A DNA stretch of 59,039 nucleotides, the filler included. It is 4 parts of 4 records of this genome, joined end to end, with 100 filler letters (N's around TTAATTAATTAA, not from the genome) between each part and the next. Parts side by side here need not be neighbours in the genome. Positions count along the whole stretch, not along the records: positions 36,359 to 52,250 come from SRR22947725_500; positions 52,351 to 59,039 come from SRR22947725_507; 2 more parts are not named here. One strand, given 5' to 3'. Both the position numbers and the translations under genes were made by a program. The notes under the pieces are model-generated. The model was not told the DNA's origin and ran no database searches. It was given only the letters and a program-made list of their open reading frames with translations. Below, one piece after another: positions 48,169 through 57,662 of this stretch; position 1 is the stretch's first letter, and each line of letters opens with the position of its first letter.

Positions 48169-50985
48169 TTATTTATAATTCTCTATATCTGGACAGACAC
48201 AGAAGAAATTTCTATCACCATAGGCATTATCAATTCTTGATACATATGGCCAGAACTTATTTTCTTTAATCCATTCTTTTGGAAATACAGCTTTATTTTT
48301 ATTATAAGGACGATCCCAATCATCACAAATATCTTGAATCGTATGAGGAGCATTTACAAGAACATTATTATCTTGAGGTACTTTACCTTCTGCAATTTCA
48401 TCAATCTCTTTTTTAATTTGAATCATGGCCGAGCAGAACCTATCTAATTCATCTTTAGACTCACTTTCAGTAGGTTCAATCATTAATGTACCTGGTATAG
48501 GCCATGACATTGTTGGTGCATGATATCCATAATCAATCAATCTTTTTGCAATATCTTCATTAGTAATCCCTGAAGTATTTTTGAATTCTCTGCAATCAAT
48601 AATAAACTCATGCGCATTTAATCCAGTTCTACCACGATATAAAATTGTATAATCGTTCTCTAGTTCTTTTGCCATATAGTTTGCGTTTAAAATTGCTATC
48701 TGCGATGCCTTGAGGAGTCCTTGACCAGCCATTAATTTCATATAAATATAGGATATTAGTAATATGCTCGCACTCCCATAAGGAGAAGATGATACAGAGT
48801 AAGAATAGTCTTCATCGGTAAAATGATGTTTAGGCAGATAGGGTTTTAGTTTATCATTTACACATATTGGGCCCATTCCTGGTCCACCACCACCATGAGG
48901 AATACAAAAAGTTTTGTGTAGGTTAATATGCATCACATCTGCACCAAAATTACCTGGCTTGCACACTCCAACCATTGCATTCAGATTTGCACCATCCATA
49001 TAAACAAGTCCGCCATTATCATGAACTAGAGCACAGATTTCATCAATATTATGCTCAAAAACTCCATGTGTAGATGGATAGGTGACCATAAGTGAAGATA
49101 ATTTATCGCCAGCATCTTTTACCTTATTTGTTAGGTCTTCAAAATCAACATTACCATTATCATCACATTTCACAATCACTACTTTTAAGCCGGCCATGAT
49201 TGCGCTAGCTGGGTTTGTACCATGCGCAGATTCTGGAATAATACATACATTTCTATCAGCATCATTATGTTTATGATATTCTTGAATTGTGAGTAAGCCA
49301 GCATATTCTCCTTGAGCACCAGAATTAGGTTGAAATGACACAGCATCGAATCCAGTAACTTTATATAACATAACTTCTAATTGATCGATAATTGTTTTAT
49401 AACCTATTGTCTGGTTAGCTGGAGAAAAAGGATGGATAGTGTTGAACTCTGGCCAACTAATAGGAATCATTTCTACAGTAGCATTCAATTTCATAGTACA
49501 TGATCCTAATGGAATCATACTATGGTTGAGAGATAAATCTCTTTTTTCTAACTTATGAATATATCTTAGCATCTCAGTCTCCGAATGAATGCTATTAAAA
49601 ATAGAGTGTTGTAAAGTTACCCCATCTCTTGTTGTATTAAAAATCGGACTAGTATTTTTCGATTTAGAATCTGTAATAAATAATTTAGAAATTTCCTCTA
49701 TTTCAGCATCAGAAGTTTTTTCATCTAATGAAATTCCTATCAAGTCTTCATCGTGATATTTAAAATTAAATAGTTTACTCAAAGCCCTTTCTTCAAGTGT
49801 TTTTTGATCTAAATTATTTAATTTGATAGATAGAGTATCAAAGTACGATTGATTATCAAGAATAATTTCATGTCCTTGAGCACTTAATTTTTCTGCAAGA
49901 TTTTTAGTATGATTATGAATCTTATTTGCAATTTCTTTCAATTTTTTTGGGCCATGAAAAATAGCATACATACTTGAAATAATTGCAAGCAGCACTTGAG
50001 CAGTACAGATATTAGAAGTTGCTTTTTCTCTTCTAATATGTTGCTCTCTAGTTTGTAGTGTTAATCTATAAGCTTGGTTTTCTCGCCTATCTTGCGATAC
50101 CCCTACAATCCTTCCAGGGATATCTCGCTTAAATTCTTCCGTTGTGGTCATGAAAGCTGCATGGGGTCCACCATAACCTAGTGGTACTCCAAAGCGCTGA
50201 CTATTTCCTACTGCAACATCTGCTTCGAAAGATCCAGGAGCTTTAAATAGTTGTAAGCACATTAAATCTGTAGCAAAAATTACCTTACATTTACATTCGT
50301 GTGCAGCATCTGTTATTCTTTTATAGGCATCAGGATTTGAAATTCTTCCAAAACGATCTGGATACTGAACAATACATCCAAAAGCATCTGTATAATCAAA
50401 ATTTTCATATGATGTAATCTCAATTTCAATACCAAGAGGTTCTGCTCTCGATACAATAACATCAATAGTTTGTTGAAAACAGTTTTCATCAATAAGAAAC
50501 TTATTAGAGCTAGATCTATTTTTTCTGTAGAACATTAGCATTGCTTCGCTCGCTGCAGTTCCTTCATCCAATAAAGACGCATTCGCTATAGGTAGTTCGC
50601 AAATTTGTGATATCATTGTTTGATAATTAAGCAATGCTTCAAGTCGACCTTGAGATATTTCAGGCTGATAGGGTGTATATTGCGTATACCATCCTGGGCT
50701 TTCTAAAATATTTCTCAATACAACATTCGGCGTAATAGTATCATAATAACCTTGACCAATCAGAGAGCGAAAAATCTTATTTTTTGATCCGAGTTCTTTT
50801 ACATATTTTAAAATATCATTTTCAGAAAAATTTTCATTTCCAATGGATTCGCCGTCAATATCCAAAATATTTTTTGGCACAATTTTCTCAAGTAAATCAT
50901 TTAAGCTGTTGCATTCGAGAGAAGTAAGCATTTCTGTAACCTCTGTAGAAGTAGGACCGATATGTTTATTGTGAAATTCAGACAT
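48169..50985 (-). CDS. gcvP: Glycine dehydrogenase (decarboxylating), single chain
   Basis: YTPYQPEISQGRLE, IRREKATSNICTAQ, MIPLGSCTMK and NLHKTFCIPHGGGGPG. Confidence 0.97.
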   Translation of the reverse strand: MSEFHNKHIGPTSTEVTEMLTSLECNSLNDLLEKIVPKNILDIDGESIGNENFSENDILKYVKELGSKNKIFRSLIGQGYYDTITPNVVLRNILESPGWYTQYTPYQPEISQGRLEALLNYQTMISQICELPIANASLLDEGTAASEAMLMFYRKNRSSSNKFLIDENCFQQTIDVIVSRAEPLGIEIEITSYENFDYTDAFGCIVQYPDRFGRISNPDAYKRITDAAHECKCKVIFATDLMCLQLFKAPGSFEADVAVGNSQRFGVPLGYGGPHAAFMTTTEEFKRDIPGRIVGVSQDRRENQAYRLTLQTREQHIRREKATSNICTAQVLLAIISSMYAIFHGPKKLKEIANKIHNHTKNLAEKLSAQGHEIILDNQSYFDTLSIKLNNLDQKTLEERALSKLFNFKYHDEDLIGISLDEKTSDAEIEEISKLFITDSKSKNTSPIFNTTRDGVTLQHSIFNSIHSETEMLRYIHKLEKRDLSLNHSMIPLGSCTMKLNATVEMIPISWPEFNTIHPFSPANQTIGYKTIIDQLEVMLYKVTGFDAVSFQPNSGAQGEYAGLLTIQEYHKHNDADRNVCIIPESAHGTNPASAIMAGLKVVIVKCDDNGNVDFEDLTNKVKDAGDKLSSLMVTYPSTHGVFEHNIDEICALVHDNGGLVYMDGANLNAMVGVCKPGNFGADVMHINLHKTFCIPHGGGGPGMGPICVNDKLKPYLPKHHFTDEDYSYSVSSSPYGSASILLISYIYMKLMAGQGLLKASQIAILNANYMAKELENDYTILYRGRTGLNAHEFIIDCREFKNTSGITNEDIAKRLIDYGYHAPTMSWPIPGTLMIEPTESESKDELDRFCSAMIQIKKEIDEIAEGKVPQDNNVLVNAPHTIQDICDDWDRPYNKNKAVFPKEWIKENKFWPYVSRIDNAYGDRNFFCVCPDIENYK

Positions 50986-51013
50986 TGTTATTAACCCCTT
51001 TAATAAAACTTAG

Positions 51014-51085
51014 TACCGACGGAAGGACTCGAACCTACAACCAAGGGCTTAAAAGGCCCCTGCTCTACCATTGAGCTACGTCGGC
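51014..51085 (-). tRNA. tRNA-Lys(TTT); CCA not encoded
   Basis: Reverse complement GCCGACG...GGGGC-CTTTTAA-GCCCT...TTCGAGT...CGTCGGT-A. Confidence 0.93.
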
Positions 51086-51252
51086 AAAACTAGGCATTAA
51101 TTTAAGGTTGAGAATCCAGATTCGGTACTGGAAAAAAGAGATTTTTAATTTTTTTTTTCACATTTTTACATTTAAGTATTGCCCAATTATATAAAACACT
51201 ATTAGCTTAACATAGTCTTTAATTAGATATTGTACGCAAATACAAGCAATCG

Positions 51253-51288
51253 AAAAGGCTCTGAGGTTGGCGCTACAGAGCCTTTTTT
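51253..51288 (+). terminator. Terminator-like hairpin with GTTGGCG loop; likely 3' end of a small RNA
   Basis: AAAAGGCTCTG/CAGAGCCTTTT stem plus T tract; no upstream plus-strand gene to terminate. Confidence 0.65.
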
Positions 51289-51329
51289 GTTTATAAAAAA
51301 GGTCGTATCTTCCATTGTATTTGACAATT

Positions 51330-51674
51330 GGGGGCGACCGGTTTCGACATTTTAGAAAGAAATTTTAAGTTGCATGTAGAGCTTAGTAACTCTTAAAACT
51401 TCTAAACTGTATTAAGTGCCGATTATGGCCAAATGGCTGTAGCTTAGTTGCTATAACCCATCATCAGTAGGCGTTTCTCATCGCTATCTGAATGATGTCA
51501 TAAAAATGAGATAGCTTATTTTTTTGCTTCGACTAAATAAGTGACCACTTAGAAGATAGTCTTATATTCGTCTGTTCTTGAACCTGTATAAGGCGAAACT
51601 TGATCGAGTAACTAAACATGTAGATATTTATCTTTTCTCTATTATGGACGGGAGTTCGAATCTCCCCGCCTCCA
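51330..51674 (+). ncRNA. ssrA: tmRNA; tag (A)ADYGQMAVA encoded at 51418-51447
   Basis: 5' GGGGGCG pairs with 3' CGCCTCC-A with G3:U70; GGTTTCGAC; T arm GGGAG-TTCGAAT-CTCCC; resume context TTAAGT-GCC. Confidence 0.95.
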
Positions 51675-51682
51675 CACATATA

Positions 51683-52250
51683 CTAATCCGGAATCCGATC
51701 GGGAAAGTCAGTAATAATTCCATCAACACCTAACGCAATTGCTCGGTTAATGTCTTTTTCTCTATTGATAGTCCAGCTATAAACTAAAAATCCTGCATTA
51801 CGCATCCGATCTATTGCTTTCTTATTCAAAATAGAAAACTTAGGGTGTATAGCTACAGCATTGAGCTCCTTACCTTTTTTGATTATATCATTTAATCCTT
51901 TTTCTAAAAATATATTATAATGACTAAGTACACCGATAGGTATATTGGTACCAAGATTTTTAAAAAGTGTTAATTCCTTCCAATTTTTGCTAGAAACAAT
52001 TAATTTTTTGATGTCAGATTGTGAGTCATTAAGATATTGTTTTAGTATTGTAGCAGTTGGAATAGCAGTATTTTCGCCCTTTAGTTCAACATTTAATAAT
52101 ATTTTACCATCTATTTTTTTAAGGACCTGTTGAAGAGTAGGTATTCTATATTTTCCTTCAATTAGTATATTTTCTAATTCTTCAAAAGTAGTCTCTTCAA
52201 TCAATCCACTGTGACCAGTAAGGCGCAAATAGTCACCTAGATTTTGATTT
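51683..52250 (-). CDS. Glycerophosphodiester phosphodiesterase, 5'-truncated
   Basis: IPTLQQVL, LNVELKG, WTIN and GVDGIITDFP; N-terminal HRG motif missing at the contig edge. Confidence 0.88.
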
Positions 52251-52350
52251 NNNNNNNNNNNNNNNNNNNNNNNNNNNNNNNNNNNNNNNNNNNNTTAATT
52301 AATTAANNNNNNNNNNNNNNNNNNNNNNNNNNNNNNNNNNNNNNNNNNNN
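52251..52350. other. Artificial contig spacer
   Basis: N44-TTAATTAATTAA-N44. Confidence 0.98.
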
Positions 52351-52728
52351 ATAGTTGGCAAAACAATGTACATATCTGGACAGGCCCCTGTTCGTAACGG
52401 TGAAATGATTTATAAGGGAAAAGTAGGATCAGATATTACTATCGAGGAGGGTATCGAAGCTGCTAAACTATGTGTTATTAATATAATTGCTGCAGTAAAA
52501 ACTGGTCTTGAAGGCGATTGGAACAAATTAGATAGTTTTGTTAAGTTAACAGGCTTTGTAAACTGTCAGGACAGCTTTACTGATCAACCCAAGATTATTA
52601 ATGGAGCCTCTGATATGTTAGTTGAAATTTTTGGCGATCAAGGTCGTCATGCAAGAGTTGCTGTTGGATCTAATGCTTTGCCATTAGGAATTTCAGTAGA
52701 AATAGATGCTATAATTCAATTAAAATAA
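52351..52728 (+). CDS. RidA/YjgF-family protein, 5'-truncated
   Basis: YISGQ.P, KLTGFVN, NGASD, G.HAR.AVG...LP and VEIDA; frame open to the contig start. Confidence 0.9.
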   Translation: MVGKTMYISGQAPVRNGEMIYKGKVGSDITIEEGIEAAKLCVINIIAAVKTGLEGDWNKLDSFVKLTGFVNCQDSFTDQPKIINGASDMLVEIFGDQGRHARVAVGSNALPLGISVEIDAIIQLK

Positions 52729-53874
52729 ATGCCTTCACTAAAAAGTGATTATTTTTTCATAGACAGTTTAAAAAAAATCAAAAACACAGATTGGAACGCA
52801 TGTGTTGATAGCGACCATCCTTTCATTCAATATGAATTTTTATTTGCCTTAGAAAAAAGTGAAAGTGCTTGTTCTCAAACGGGATGGAAACCGTATCATT
52901 ATATTGAGTATAAAAACGATGAAATAATTGCTCTTTGTCCACTTTATTTAAAAAGCCATTCTTATGGAGAGTATATATTTGATCACGCATGGGCTGATGC
53001 GTATCATAGGCATGGATTAAATTACTACCCTAAACTTCAATCTGCCATACCCTTCACTCCTGTTACTGGTGAAAGAATATTTGTTAATAAAAAAATAAAA
53101 AATAAGAAAGATAAAATTAAAGAAATAATTAATAATATTATTAATGAAGCAAAAAGACTTAATGTTTCATCAGCACATTTTAATTTTATCAAAAATCCAA
53201 ATGATTGGGATGCCAACGAACCGATCATGATACGAGAAGGAATTCAATTTCATTGGAAGAATAATGACTATAAATCCTTTGATGATTTTTTATCTACTCT
53301 GTCGTCTAGGAAAAGAAAACAAATCAAGAAAGAAAGACAATGTCTTCAAAATAACAACCTAGAGGTTAAACTTTTAACTGGAGATAAACTAAAAAAAGAA
53401 GATTTTGATTTTTTTTATGAATGCTACCTAGATACAACAGGTAGAAAATGGGGATCAACTTATTTAAAAAAAGAGTTTTTTATGAATATTTTATCAAACT
53501 TTAAAGATAAGATTTTATTAATGATTGCCTTCCAAGATAATACAAAAATTGCATCAGCCCTAAATTTTTTAAGTGAGACACATTTATACGGACGCTTATG
53601 GGGTTCTAAATTTGAAGTACCTTATTTGCATTTTGAATTATGTTATTATCAAGCAATAGATTATGCAATTGCAAACAAAATAAAACATGTTGAAGCAGGC
53701 GCGCAAGGGGAACATAAATTAAGCAGAGGATATCTTCCACAAAAAACATGGAGCGCTCATTGGATAAAGGAAAAAGATTTTTCAGAAGCAATCAACAAAT
53801 TTCTTAATGAAGAAGCAAAAATGATAAATCATCATAAAGAAGATTTAGAAGCGCTTGGTCCGTATAAAGCTTAG
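52729..53874 (+). CDS. DUF482 FemAB-like GNAT protein
   Basis: PLYLKSHSYGEYIFDHAWA, YYPKL..AIPFTPVTG, LHFELCYY and EAGAQGEHK..RGY. Confidence 0.92.
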   Translation: MPSLKSDYFFIDSLKKIKNTDWNACVDSDHPFIQYEFLFALEKSESACSQTGWKPYHYIEYKNDEIIALCPLYLKSHSYGEYIFDHAWADAYHRHGLNYYPKLQSAIPFTPVTGERIFVNKKIKNKKDKIKEIINNIINEAKRLNVSSAHFNFIKNPNDWDANEPIMIREGIQFHWKNNDYKSFDDFLSTLSSRKRKQIKKERQCLQNNNLEVKLLTGDKLKKEDFDFFYECYLDTTGRKWGSTYLKKEFFMNILSNFKDKILLMIAFQDNTKIASALNFLSETHLYGRLWGSKFEVPYLHFELCYYQAIDYAIANKIKHVEAGAQGEHKLSRGYLPQKTWSAHWIKEKDFSEAINKFLNEEAKMINHHKEDLEALGPYKA

Positions 53875-56144
53875 ACTAACTCTTTCTTTTTATCTTGACT
53901 TGAAGAATATTTGAGAGATATTTCATTATTTTCAATGGTAATATCCACATGACCACCCTTAGCTAATGCACCAAATATTAACTCTTCAGCCATAGGTTTT
54001 TTAACTTTTTCCTGTATTACTCTTCCAAGCTCTCTGGCACCGTAAACTTCATCATACCCAATATCGGCAAGATACTCTTTTGCTTTTTTATCAATAGATA
54101 AAGACACTCCTTTGTCTTCAAGTTGAGCTTCGACTTGAATAATGAATTTATCGACAATGGACAAAACAATTTCTTTATTTAAATGATTAAAGTGAATAAT
54201 AGAATCTATTCTATTTCGAAATTCAGGAGAAAAGATTTTATTAATTGCATCATTATTGTCATCTTTTGATCTCGCAGAATTAAAGCCAATTCTTTTTTTG
54301 GATAAGTCAATTGCCCCTGCATTTGATGTCATAATAAGAATAACATTTCTAAAATCAACTGACTTACCGTTATGATCTGTTAACTTTCCATAATCCATTA
54401 CTTGAAGCAAAATATTAAAGAGATCATAGTGAGCTTTTTCAATTTCATCTAAGAGCAATACACAGTGTGGATTCTGATCGACGCCATCAGTAAGAAGTCC
54501 ACCTTGATCAAAACCAACATAACCTGGGGGTGCTCCAATTAAACGACTAACAGTATGCCTTTCCATATACTCTGACATATCAAAACGAAGAAGTTTTATA
54601 CCAAGTGTTTTACTTAATTGTCTGGCAACTTCTGTTTTTCCAACACCTGTCGGTCCAGAAAATAAATAAGACCCGATAGGTTTACCGTCTTCCCGAAGGC
54701 CTGCTCTTGCAAGTTTTATAGAGGAGGATAACTCTTCTATGGCTTTATTTTGACCAAAAACAAAATTTTTAAGATCTCTCTCAAGATTTTTTAAATTTTC
54801 TTTATCATTTTTATTAACAGATTTTGCAGGAATTCTTGCCATTATAGAAATCACTGACTCAACATCTTTAGCAGTAATTGTTTTCTTTCGTTTCGATTTT
54901 GGAAGTAAATACTGAGCAGCACCAGCTTCATCAAGTACGTCTATTGCTTTATCTGGAAGTTTTCTGTCTCCTATATACTTATTAGATAATTCAACTGCGC
55001 TTATGATTGCATCTGATGAGTATTTAATTTGATGATGATCTTCATAATAGCTTTTTAAGCCATTTAAAATTTTAATAGTTTCTTCTTTGCTTGGTTCTTT
55101 AATGTCAATTTTCTGAAATCTTCTTACAAGAGCCCTATCCTTTTCAAAATAATTATTGAACTCTTTGTACGTAGTTGAGCCTATACAACGTAGAGAGCCA
55201 TTACTTAATGATGGTTTTAAAAGATTGCTTGCATCCATCGATCCACCACTTGTTGCACCTGCGCCTATTACAGTATGTATTTCATCAATAAATAAAACTG
55301 ACTTTTTTTCTTTTTGTAAATCTTTTAATACTTCTTTGAGTCTTTCTTCAAAGTCTCCTCTATAACGAGTTCCGGCTAGAAGAGCTCCCATATCCAAAGA
55401 ATAAATAACTGCATCAAGAATAATATCTGGGACATCTTTTTCTACTATACGTTTAGCTAAGCCTTCCGCAATTGCTGTTTTACCAACACCGGGATCACCG
55501 ACAAAAATAGGATTGTTTTTTTGTCTACGGCATAAAATTTGAATAGTTCTTTCCACTTCAAGTTTTCTTCCAATAAGTGGATCAATTTTGCCCTCCACAG
55601 ATTTTTTATTTAAGTTAATACAAAATTGATCAAGCGCTTTTTTGGAAGATTTTTTTTGTTGCTGACCATCTGTAGTTTCTTCAAATATTTCTGCACCATC
55701 TTCATCTTCCTGCACCTTAGAAATACCATGGGAGATATACTGCACAGCATCTAACCGTGTCATATTTTGTTGGTGTAAAAAATATACTGCGTGACTTTCT
55801 TTTTCAGAAAAGAGAGCAACAATCATATTTGCTCCTGTAACACTTTCTCTGCCACTGGATTGAACATGTATAGCTGCCCTTTGAAGAACTCTTTGGAAAC
55901 TATTTGTTAGTTTTGGTTCTCCAGTAAAATTATCTGTTAAGTTTGATAAATCATTTTTAATAAAATCATCTAAGTTTTTTTTTAATTCTTCAATCTCAAC
56001 ACCACACGCCTTTAAGACACTAATTGCGTCCTTATCATTTGTAAGAGAATTTAGCAGATGCTCAAGAGTAACAAACTCATGCTTATTATCAGTTGCAAGT
56101 TGATATGCGTTTCTTAGTGTTATTTCTAAGTTAGATGATAACAT
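53871..56144 (-). CDS. clpA: ATP-dependent Clp protease ATP-binding subunit ClpA
   Basis: [11 protein letters not shown]-domain, two AAA+ modules ([16 protein letters not shown]), IGF loop, no ClpB middle domain. Confidence 0.96.
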   Translation of the reverse strand: MLSSNLEITLRNAYQLATDNKHEFVTLEHLLNSLTNDKDAISVLKACGVEIEELKKNLDDFIKNDLSNLTDNFTGEPKLTNSFQRVLQRAAIHVQSSGRESVTGANMIVALFSEKESHAVYFLHQQNMTRLDAVQYISHGISKVQEDEDGAEIFEETTDGQQQKKSSKKALDQFCINLNKKSVEGKIDPLIGRKLEVERTIQILCRRQKNNPIFVGDPGVGKTAIAEGLAKRIVEKDVPDIILDAVIYSLDMGALLAGTRYRGDFEERLKEVLKDLQKEKKSVLFIDEIHTVIGAGATSGGSMDASNLLKPSLSNGSLRCIGSTTYKEFNNYFEKDRALVRRFQKIDIKEPSKEETIKILNGLKSYYEDHHQIKYSSDAIISAVELSNKYIGDRKLPDKAIDVLDEAGAAQYLLPKSKRKKTITAKDVESVISIMARIPAKSVNKNDKENLKNLERDLKNFVFGQNKAIEELSSSIKLARAGLREDGKPIGSYLFSGPTGVGKTEVARQLSKTLGIKLLRFDMSEYMERHTVSRLIGAPPGYVGFDQGGLLTDGVDQNPHCVLLLDEIEKAHYDLFNILLQVMDYGKLTDHNGKSVDFRNVILIMTSNAGAIDLSKKRIGFNSARSKDDNNDAINKIFSPEFRNRIDSIIHFNHLNKEIVLSIVDKFIIQVEAQLEDKGVSLSIDKKAKEYLADIGYDEVYGARELGRVIQEKVKKPMAEELIFGALAKGGHVDITIENNEISLKYSSSQDKKKELV

Positions 56145-56480
56145 TTAATTTTTTTCCATTGTACACTGAAGAGGATGTTCATGTTTTTTTGCAAGGTCCA
56201 TCACTGATTTACATTTCGCTTCAGCAACTTCATATGTGAATATTCCACATACACCTACGCCATTTTTATGAACATGAAGCATTATCTGGGTTGCTTCCTC
56301 CTGTTTTTTGTTAAATACACTCTCTAATACCAGAACAACAAACTCCATGGGGGTGTAATCATCGTTAAGCAATAAAACATTATACATAGATGGCTTTTTA
56401 GTTTTAGGCTTAGTGTCTAATAATACGCCCTTCTCTAAATCATTGTTAATATTATTGTCATTGTCATCACTTAATTTCAT
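56145..56480 (-). CDS. clpS: Clp protease adaptor ClpS
   Basis: [22 protein letters not shown] and HPLQCTME. Confidence 0.97.
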   Translation of the reverse strand: MKLSDDNDNNINNDLEKGVLLDTKPKTKKPSMYNVLLLNDDYTPMEFVVLVLESVFNKKQEEATQIMLHVHKNGVGVCGIFTYEVAEAKCKSVMDLAKKHEHPLQCTMEKN

Positions 56481-56549
56481 GATTTATTAAATAAGCACTT
56501 TTATTGGAAATAAAAGAGGTTTTTTTCAATTGTTAATAACGAGATCCTT

Positions 56550-57662
56550 ATGTTAGAGATTAAAAGCATGTCTGTGTTTAGATATCTAAAAATCCCTTTA
56601 TTTATAATAGTAATTTTTGCAACATCTCAGAGTTTTGCCAAAAAAGCTGCGATTGTTATCGATTTTGATACCAAAGAAGTTTTATTTGAAGTTAACGCTA
56701 ATACTAAAAATTACCCAGCATCGTTAACAAAAATTATGACGCTATATATTTTATTTGATCGGTTAGAAAAAAATCAAATTACAAATCAAACCAAATTAAA
56801 AGTTTCAAGAATTGCAGCCTCACGCTCACCTAGCAAATTATATCTAGAAGAAGGATCAACTATAAAAGTTGAAGATGCTATTATGGCACTGATTATCAAA
56901 TCTGCCAATGACGTAGCTACTGTTGTCGCTGAAAATATTTCAGGCACAGAAAGAGAATTTGCAAAACTTATGACTAGCTATGCCAGAAATTTAGGTATGA
57001 CCAATACAACTTTTAAAAATGCTTCTGGACTTCCAAATAGAGCGCAACTCACTACTGCTAAAGATATAGCTATTCTTTCGCATGCTCTTATTTCTAATTT
57101 TCCAGATAAGTATAAATTATTCAATACACAAAAATTTACCTATAAAGGCAAGACATACAAAACACATAATAAATTAATGCTGAGCTATGCCGGTGCTGAT
57201 GGAATTAAAACAGGGTACATAAGAGCATCAGGATTCCAATTGGCTTTTTCTGCTGTAAGAAATAATAAAAGATTAGTCGGTGTAATATTTGGGGGTGATA
57301 CAGGTTCTCAACGTGACAAGTCTCTAAAAATTATAATGGATAAAGAATTTGCTGAACTAGGAATTAATAAAAAAGAAACAAAAAAAACTATAGTAAAAAA
57401 AGAAATAAAAAAAATTAAAACTGACTCATATTCAATAGTCGTGGGAACATTTAAATATAGAAATAGTGCAGAAAAACAAATTAAGTTAATTAAAAGTAAG
57501 TATCCAAAAACAACAACGTCTAAAAAATCAAATGTTGTTTTAATTAAAGTGAGTGGAAAACAACTCTATGAATCAAGATTTGAGAATTTTTCAAAAAAAG
57601 AAGCATATACTGCCTGTAAAAGATTAAAAAAATATAATCGAGACTGCTTTATTAGATCGTGA
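56550..57662 (+). CDS. D-alanyl-D-alanine carboxypeptidase (S11) with C-terminal SPOR-like domain
   Basis: PASLTK (SxxK), SAN (SxN), GIKTGY; C-terminal YSIVVGTF...AC..LK. Confidence 0.88.
   Translation: MLEIKSMSVFRYLKIPLFIIVIFATSQSFAKKAAIVIDFDTKEVLFEVNANTKNYPASLTKIMTLYILFDRLEKNQITNQTKLKVSRIAASRSPSKLYLEEGSTIKVEDAIMALIIKSANDVATVVAENISGTEREFAKLMTSYARNLGMTNTTFKNASGLPNRAQLTTAKDIAILSHALISNFPDKYKLFNTQKFTYKGKTYKTHNKLMLSYAGADGIKTGYIRASGFQLAFSAVRNNKRLVGVIFGGDTGSQRDKSLKIIMDKEFAELGINKKETKKTIVKKEIKKIKTDSYSIVVGTFKYRNSAEKQIKLIKSKYPKTTTSKKSNVVLIKVSGKQLYESRFENFSKKEAYTACKRLKKYNRDCFIRS

Noticed and set aside
50986-51013. Glycine riboswitch upstream of gcvP
   Set aside because: Only 28 nt separate the gcvP start from tRNA-Lys, leaving no room
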